NCBI GenBank assembly: GCA_016783485.1
Contig: JADHWM010000001.1
Location: 10,181-74,180, forward strand
Length of the DNA: 64,000 bases
Source of the DNA: Candidatus Bathyarchaeota archaeon
GTDB lineage: Archaea > Thermoproteota > Bathyarchaeia > TCS64
Reading direction: 5' to 3'
Each line of letters begins with the position of its first letter. The first letter of the stretch is position 1. Positions 58,754 to 64,000 of this stretch are shown here, piece after piece. The notes beneath the pieces are model-generated. The model was not told the DNA's origin. It saw only the letters and a program-made list of their open reading frames with translations, and ran no database searches. The translations under genes were made by a program, and so were the position numbers.

Positions 58754-59395
58754 ATGAGATTTAAGCCGGACACGGCATATAGGGAGGCGGTGGCTTTGGT
58801 CTCCAGCAGGCTCAAGAAAAAGTTCGAGGAGATAGTTGGCCGGGGAGTGGGCCCCCTAGCCTCCATGGGCTTGACTCCCAACGCCCTCACGGTGCTGGGC
58901 CTGCTGGCGTCGACGGGCTCGGCCTGGGCATATCTCAATTGGAGGACGGACCGGATCTACCTAGTGGTTGCAGCATTCCTCATCCTGCTCTCGGGGCTCC
59001 TGGACGCCTTCGACGGTGTCCTCGCCCGGAAGACTGGGAAGGTCACGAGGTTCGGGGGGTTCTTCGACTCCGTGGCGGACAGGTACTCCGACGCGGTGGT
59101 CCTCGGAGCCATCATCGTCTCGGGGCTCTGCGACCCCCTCTGGGGGATGGCGGCCCTCATCGGCTCCCTCATGGTTAGCTATGCGAGGGCCCGGGCCGAG
59201 GCTGCGGGGGTTGTGATGATCGCGGTGGGTTTCGCCGAGAGGGCTGAGAGAATGATCTTGCTGGTAGCTGTGACCTTGGGAGCCTACTATCGGATCGAGG
59301 TGCTGGGCTACGGGATAATGGTTCTAGCTCTGATTGCGAACCTGACTGTTATCCAGAGGGTGGCTCACTTCATGGGCGAAGTGAGAGAGGACTAG
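58754..59395 (+). CDS. CDP-alcohol phosphatidyltransferase (archaetidylserine/-inositol-phosphate synthase type)
   Basis: D-G-x2-A-R-x8-G-x3-D-x3-D: DAFDGVLARKTGKVTRFGGFFDSVADRYSD; 6 TM. Confidence 0.8.
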   Translation: MRFKPDTAYREAVALVSSRLKKKFEEIVGRGVGPLASMGLTPNALTVLGLLASTGSAWAYLNWRTDRIYLVVAAFLILLSGLLDAFDGVLARKTGKVTRFGGFFDSVADRYSDAVVLGAIIVSGLCDPLWGMAALIGSLMVSYARARAEAAGVVMIAVGFAERAERMILLVAVTLGAYYRIEVLGYGIMVLALIANLTVIQRVAHFMGEVRED

Positions 59396-59700
59396 TAATT
59401 CTTTCTTCTTCTCCCTGCTCGCCTGGGGACGGTCTTCCTCTCTTCTTTTCCCCTGATCTTGACGACTCCCCTGTGGATTGCGCAGCTGATGCAGAGGGTT
59501 TTGGTCGTCTGGTATCTGGCGATCTGGGCTCCGCTTTCCCTGAGCTCTTTGAGCATCCTAGGCTCGACGAGGGATGTGTACTTGGTGACCCTCTTCGCCT
59601 TGTCTCTGGGGACCTGGGCCCCGCAGAAACTGCACTGTGTCATGCCCGATCGGCCCTTTCCTCCCTTGGAACGTCCCCCACTGCTTCTCTTCTTGGGCAT
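59392..59700 (-). CDS. rps26e: Ribosomal protein eS26
   Basis: MPKKRSSGGRSKGGKGR...QCSFCGAQVPRDKA...LCISCAIHRGVV aligns along its length to eukaryotic RPS26 (MTKKRRNNGRAKKGRGH..IRCTNCARCVPKDKA..YCVSCAIHSKVV). Confidence 0.85.
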   Translation of the reverse strand: MPKKRSSGGRSKGGKGRSGMTQCSFCGAQVPRDKAKRVTKYTSLVEPRMLKELRESGAQIARYQTTKTLCISCAIHRGVVKIRGKEERKTVPRRAGRRRKNY

Positions 59701-59774
59701 CCGAATCTCGTGGGATTAGAGCGGAGCCTACTATTAAATGCTGGGGAAAACTCCCGAGCCCGGGATGCGAATGC

Positions 59775-60410
59775 TCAGACGAAGAAGGCGGCGATGAGGC
59801 CCTCGACGACATCCCCGTAGACGGCTCCGGCGACCCTCTCGTTCCCCGCATCGGTGAGGTGAACACCGTCGCTGGAGTATCGCCCCTCGAGCCTCCCCTC
59901 ATCGTCGGAGGTCGCAGCATATAGATCGGCGAAGAGGATGGAGTCCTCGGAGCAGTGTTCCCGGATCAACTCGTTGAGGCGCCTGATCCGTGATATCATG
60001 GCGTCGAAACCCGTCACGGATGTGAGGGTGCAGGCGATGGGTTCGGCACCGATCTCGGATGTCTCGACGTAGAGGGCTTTCAGGTTCTCCATGATGCCCT
60101 CGGGGGGGAAGCCACCGTAGAGGTCGTTGATCCCCCCCCAGACTATGACATAGTCGGGGTCGAGGGGGGCCACCCGGGTGTCGAGTCTCTGCAGCATCCC
60201 TCTCGTCGAGTCCCCGTTCACCCCGAAGTTCACGAACTGCACCGAGACATCCTCGATGCCCCGTCTCGACAGCTCCGTGACGACCAAGTTGTCGAGGTAG
60301 GAAGTGTAGGGTATGCCGGGGCCCATGGGTCGGAAGGGTTCGTAGGGCACGAATCCCCCGGTGAGGCTGTCCCCGAGGGCGGCGAAGACGAGGCTGACGG
60401 TCACGGCCAT
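59775..60410 (-). CDS. SGNH/GDSL-family hydrolase
   Basis: FAALGDSLT (block I Ser), GINDL, DGVHLT (block V Asp/His); internal ATG 60410 chosen. Confidence 0.7.
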   Translation of the reverse strand: MAVTVSLVFAALGDSLTGGFVPYEPFRPMGPGIPYTSYLDNLVVTELSRRGIEDVSVQFVNFGVNGDSTRGMLQRLDTRVAPLDPDYVIVWGGINDLYGGFPPEGIMENLKALYVETSEIGAEPIACTLTSVTGFDAMISRIRRLNELIREHCSEDSILFADLYAATSDDEGRLEGRYSSDGVHLTDAGNERVAGAVYGDVVEGLIAAFFV

Positions 60411-60560
60411 ACCTCTGGATATCCTTGAGGGGTTATGGGGGTTTCGCCTCGACGGTGTTAAATAACCAAGTGTGAAGATTTTGATCGGTGTTTTGAGACG
60501 TCGAATGATTCGGTCGTCGAGGAGCTGGGAGCAGACCTGATTCTGGTCAACGGAAAGGTC

Positions 60561-62153
60561 GTGTCGGTTGACCCTGAGGAGACCGTCGCCGAAGCGGTCG
60601 CAGTCAGAGCTGGGAAGATTCTCAGGGTAGGCTCCAACGAGGAGATCGATGCGCTCGCAAAGAGCTCTGCAAAGGTCATCGACCTCGGGGGGAGGACCCT
60701 GCTCCCCGGGTTCGTGGACAGCCACGAGCACGTGATGAGGAGGGGGCTGATGATGGACTGGGTCAACTGCAGGTCGCCCCCCGTGGAGACGATACAGGAC
60801 ATCATCGACGGGTTGGCCTCCAAGGCGGCCGGGAAGCCCGAGGGGGAGTGGGTTGTGGGGAGCTGGTTCGACGAGACGAAGCTCTCCGATGGGCGTTGGC
60901 CCACCCGGTACGACCTCGACGAGGCCTCGGACAGGCACCCCATCTACCTGGGAAGGGCAGGGGGGCACACCGCGGTCGCGAACAGCCTAGCCCTCGAGGC
61001 GACGGGGATAACCAAGGACACTCCCCAGCCTGAGGGGGGGCACATCGGGATGGACGAGTCGGGGGAGCCCACGGGGCGCCTCGACGAGATAGCGGCGATG
61101 AACATGGTCCGGGGCAGGATACCGCAGCCTGACGCCGAGGAGACGGTGAGGCTCATGGTGGAGAACTGGTCCACCATCGAGGAGATGCTGCTGAGCTGGG
61201 GAATCACCACGGTCCACGAAGCCCACATCAAGGCCCCGGAGGCCCTCGCCTACCAGGAGCTCGACCGCGTAGGGAGGATGCGGACCAGGGTGGGGCTCAT
61301 GCTCGACGGGATGGCCCCCTACAAAGGCTACGCGACCGGCGACCTCGCCCGCCAGGGCTTGAGGACGGGCTTCGGATGGAGTGATAGGCTCTACGTAATC
61401 GGGGTCAAGATCGGTGTCGATGGCGCGATGGGGTCTCTTACGGCTTCCCTCCGGGAGCCCTACGCGAACGACCCGGAGAACTACGGTATCAACAGGGTGA
61501 CCCAGGAGGAGCTCACCCGGGAGACGGTGGAGCTCCACGGGGCGGGGAATCGTGCCTGCATCCACGCCATCGGGGACTGGGCCATCGACATCGCCCTCAA
61601 CGCCGTCGAGGAGGCTGTGGATAGCGCCCCCCGGGAGGATCACCGCCACAGGATCGAGCACGCCGGCTACGTGAGGCCCGACCAGTTGGAGAGGATGGCG
61701 AGGCTGGGGGTCGCGGTCTCCGCCTCGATAGGCTTCTGCCACCCCATCGGGGACAGCCACATCGCCGCCCTAGGCGAGGATAGGCTCTGCGGATACTACC
61801 CCATGAAGAGTTTCCAGGAGCACGGGATCGTGGCCGGGGGGAACAGCGACGGATTCGGGGAGAACTGGCCCATCACGGGGATCGCCGGGTGCGTCACCCG
61901 GAGGTCCTCCGGCGGGGAGTATCTCTGCAGGGAGCAGGCCATCTCCGTCATGGACGCCATCAGGGCCTACACGGTGAACGGGGCTTTCCTCGAGGGGACG
62001 GAGGACGAGAAGGGCTCCCTGAAGCCGGGGAAGCTCGCGGACATGGTGGTCCTGGACAGGGACATCCTCACCGTCGACCCCCTGGACATAGTCAACACCA
62101 GGGTGCTGATGACCGTCGTGGGCGGCGAGGTCGTCTACGAGAGGGACTCGTAG
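60561..62153 (+). CDS. Amidohydrolase-family metal-dependent hydrolase (Amidohydro_3-like); true start probably upstream of the GTG
   Basis: LLPGFVDSHEHV metal-binding HxH, HAIGD, HAGY, GNSDGF; conserved DLILVNGKVVSV lies in frame upstream of the called start. Confidence 0.75.
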   Translation: MSVDPEETVAEAVAVRAGKILRVGSNEEIDALAKSSAKVIDLGGRTLLPGFVDSHEHVMRRGLMMDWVNCRSPPVETIQDIIDGLASKAAGKPEGEWVVGSWFDETKLSDGRWPTRYDLDEASDRHPIYLGRAGGHTAVANSLALEATGITKDTPQPEGGHIGMDESGEPTGRLDEIAAMNMVRGRIPQPDAEETVRLMVENWSTIEEMLLSWGITTVHEAHIKAPEALAYQELDRVGRMRTRVGLMLDGMAPYKGYATGDLARQGLRTGFGWSDRLYVIGVKIGVDGAMGSLTASLREPYANDPENYGINRVTQEELTRETVELHGAGNRACIHAIGDWAIDIALNAVEEAVDSAPREDHRHRIEHAGYVRPDQLERMARLGVAVSASIGFCHPIGDSHIAALGEDRLCGYYPMKSFQEHGIVAGGNSDGFGENWPITGIAGCVTRRSSGGEYLCREQAISVMDAIRAYTVNGAFLEGTEDEKGSLKPGKLADMVVLDRDILTVDPLDIVNTRVLMTVVGGEVVYERDS

Positions 62154-62584
62154 AGCCGCCGCAGCTCCTCGACGTAGCCCGGGTCCAGTCCGTGGGCCTC
62201 GGCTCCCTCGAGCATGAGCGCGATGTAGCCCTTGGCGGGGGTGAAGGGGCCGTCGGGCTCCACGACCCGGTACAGGTCCGCCTCGTGCCACTCCCCGTCC
62301 TCCCCGAGGACCAGGAAGGTCTCCCGGGAGTAGAGGCCCTGGGGGACGCTCTCCACCTCGTCGAGGTCGACCATCTCGTCCTCGGGGACATCGTATATGG
62401 CGCCCCGGACCATGTCTCCGGGGCTGGGCATGATGCTGCTGATGCCCCCTTGTCGCTTCTGGGAGTAGAACCTGAACTCGATCCGGAAGTTGGGTAGGTA
62501 GGCTTTCATGACGAACTTGGCGCTGGGGCAGTAGCCCTTGAGGAAGGTGGGGGACAGGTTCGAGCCGTATGCGTAGTGGAGCAT
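62135..62584 (-). CDS. Gamma-glutamylcyclotransferase-like (AIG2/GGCT) protein
   Basis: MLHYAYGSNL N-terminus (YGSL motif) and catalytic Glu region; internal ATG 62584 chosen. Confidence 0.6.
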   Translation of the reverse strand: MLHYAYGSNLSPTFLKGYCPSAKFVMKAYLPNFRIEFRFYSQKRQGGISSIMPSPGDMVRGAIYDVPEDEMVDLDEVESVPQGLYSRETFLVLGEDGEWHEADLYRVVEPDGPFTPAKGYIALMLEGAEAHGLDPGYVEELRRLYESLS

Positions 62585-62637
62585 GACCCTCGAGTTAGAG
62601 TGACAGAAGTGGAGATAAAAGGCTGTGCTGCTGAGTC

Positions 62638-63210
62638 TCAGCTCTCGAGGAGCTTCAAAGCGGCCGACTTGGCCGCCATCTCGGCGAGGATGGGATCGTC
62701 GGACGAGCCGATGATTATAGCGTCCCCCGGGCTGGGCCCCAGCTCCTCCATGATGAAGTTGCGGACAGACTCGGCGAGGGGCTCCTCCATGCCGGGCATC
62801 CTGAGTCCCCGATGGTCGAGGACGAGGGTCGTGGCCCCCGAGGCCCCCGCTATGATCGCGGCGTCCCGCTGCTCGATGCCGCCTTTGACTTTCGAGGCCG
62901 CCCCCCTTATGAGCACCGCGTAGTTGATGGGGCCGACGGTGATGGGGAGGGCCGGGAGGCTGCACCCCCAGAATATATCCCCCAGCGCTTCCAGTGCTGC
63001 CTCCCCGTATCTGGTGAGGCGCATCCCTCCCCGGCTGGTCTCGACGAGGCCCAGGGCCTTCATCCTGCCCACGAGGGTCCTCATGGTCCCCTCCCCCAGC
63101 CCCAGCTCCCTGGAAAGCTGCTGGCGCCCTATTCCCAGGCCCGAGCCTATGGCCTCTAGCCCCATGAGGGCGTGGGCCTCGGTGTAGGCGGGGGGGCGCC
63201 CGGGTGCCAC
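62638..63210 (-). CDS. Putative wHTH regulator fused to a conserved C-terminal domain (DUF4443-like); hypothetical
   Basis: N-terminal LMGLEAIGSGLGIGRQQLSRELGLGEGTMRTLVGRMKALGLV HTH-like. Confidence 0.35.
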   Translation of the reverse strand: MAPGRPPAYTEAHALMGLEAIGSGLGIGRQQLSRELGLGEGTMRTLVGRMKALGLVETSRGGMRLTRYGEAALEALGDIFWGCSLPALPITVGPINYAVLIRGAASKVKGGIEQRDAAIIAGASGATTLVLDHRGLRMPGMEEPLAESVRNFIMEELGPSPGDAIIIGSSDDPILAEMAAKSAALKLLES

Positions 63211-63523
63211 CTTCCCCGAGATCTCCCTGAGGATGCTGAGGGCGTCTAATTCTATTCTCTCCTAGGTTGTCCTCGGATGTCTATTACGGTTCCAGGTTGA
63301 ATAAAGGATTAGACGGAGGTGTGCTCCCATGCCACCACGTCGCCGTCGTGTTGGACCCAGAAAAGGCGCCACCAGAGGAGGGGACGGCTGTCGTGGAGGA
63401 GTACAGCCCGGCCTGCGAGATGATCAGGGGGCACGGGGAGGCGTCTCCCCCGGTGCTGCTGTTAGAGGCTTATATCTGATTAGAGATCGAATATAGTTCA
63501 TATCGATTGGAGGAGGGTTCCCG

Positions 63524-63901
63524 TTGATCGACTACTTCCCGGCCCCCGACGTGAGGAAGAGGATCGAGGAGATAGTGGAGCTCCTCAGGTTCGAGCACGT
63601 CGACCTAGACAACCTCCACTGCGTCAGGAGCAGGGGCTCCAAGGCGAAGAGGACCATCGCCAGGATCCACGGAAGGAGCAGGATCTGGCAGGCGGTGGGC
63701 CTCGAGCCCGCCTACGTGATCGAGATCATCGCGGAACGTTTCGACAGGCTCTCCCCGGAGGACCAGGACAGGACCCTGATCCATGAGCTTCTCCACATCC
63801 CCCACGGGTTCAAGGGGGGGTTCAGGCATCACAGGGGCTACGTCAACGACGAGACCGTGGAGACCTGGTACAGGCGGTACTGCGAGAAGAAGGACAAGTA
63901 A
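63524..63901 (+). CDS. Putative HExxH metallopeptidase (SprT-like)
   Basis: TLIHELLHIPHG contains HELLH; 125 aa. Confidence 0.45.
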   Translation: MIDYFPAPDVRKRIEEIVELLRFEHVDLDNLHCVRSRGSKAKRTIARIHGRSRIWQAVGLEPAYVIEIIAERFDRLSPEDQDRTLIHELLHIPHGFKGGFRHHRGYVNDETVETWYRRYCEKKDK

Positions 63902-64000
63902 AACCGCTGTTAATCCAGATCATGCGTGAAGCGGGTCTATGTGACTGATTCTTCCCTTATCCGCTTCCTGGCGAGCTCCACGTACTCCGCGCTGTTGTCC

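Noticed and set aside
59775-60968. Long 397-aa form of the SGNH hydrolase ORF
   Set aside because: The N-terminal 186 residues are Pro/Gly/Arg-rich antisense-type sequence overlapping the amidohydrolase gene; the conserved GDSL block begins right after the internal ATG at 60410.
1-64000. CRISPR array or other regularly spaced direct repeats
   Set aside because: Intergenic regions were inspected; none contains two or more evenly spaced repeats of 25-40 nt. The only tandem repeats are the intragenic coding repeats at 5400-6060 and the PKD repeats.

Overview
GC-rich archaeal chromosomal segment (about 60% GC by eye; not computed), densely coded on both strands. Archaeal identity rests on RNA polymerase subunit N, ribosomal proteins uS2 and eS26, an intron-containing tRNA, RNase P protein subunits Rpp30 and Pop5, an archaeal-type SAM synthetase, Hel308, and a PGF-CTERM surface protein. 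Most long ORFs lying antisense to the real genes are high-GC artefacts. Recognisable content, in order: a TOBE-domain ABC ATPase and MFS transporters; a PKD-repeat surface protein divergent from a long bactofilin-like repeat protein; a small wHTH/ArsR regulator cluster; tRNA-Arg with an intron; a COG1325-Rpp30-Pop5 block; the conserved rpoN-rps2-MEMO-mvk-ipk-fni-GGPP synthase block; metF-metV convergent with a genuine mer ortholog; Lrp; coaBC; a nucleotidyltransferase-fold protein; dCMP deaminase; pcp; two pyruvate-kinase-C-domain-like paralogs; hel308; an AsnB-like gene coupled to nth; a MetE-like gene next to archaeal MAT; a three-gene zinc-ribbon membrane module; trm5; thyX split into two overlapping ORFs; hsp20; an HtpX homolog lacking HEXXH; an SDR/amidinotransferase/M24 trio; an Nre-like protein with a C-terminal PIP box; a purine cluster (purS-L-Q, purE, purC) interrupted by a cDPG-synthetase-like P-loop gene, EamA and trpF; CDP-alcohol phosphatidyltransferase; eS26; an SGNH hydrolase; an amidohydrolase. 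No CRISPR array, integrase or obvious mobile element was seen. The candidates for undescribed biology are the zinc-ribbon membrane module with its shared CATATTCCT promoter motif, the long bactofilin-like protein, the metFV+mer juxtaposition, the split thyX, the pseudo-HtpX, and the mvk/ipk in-frame junction.
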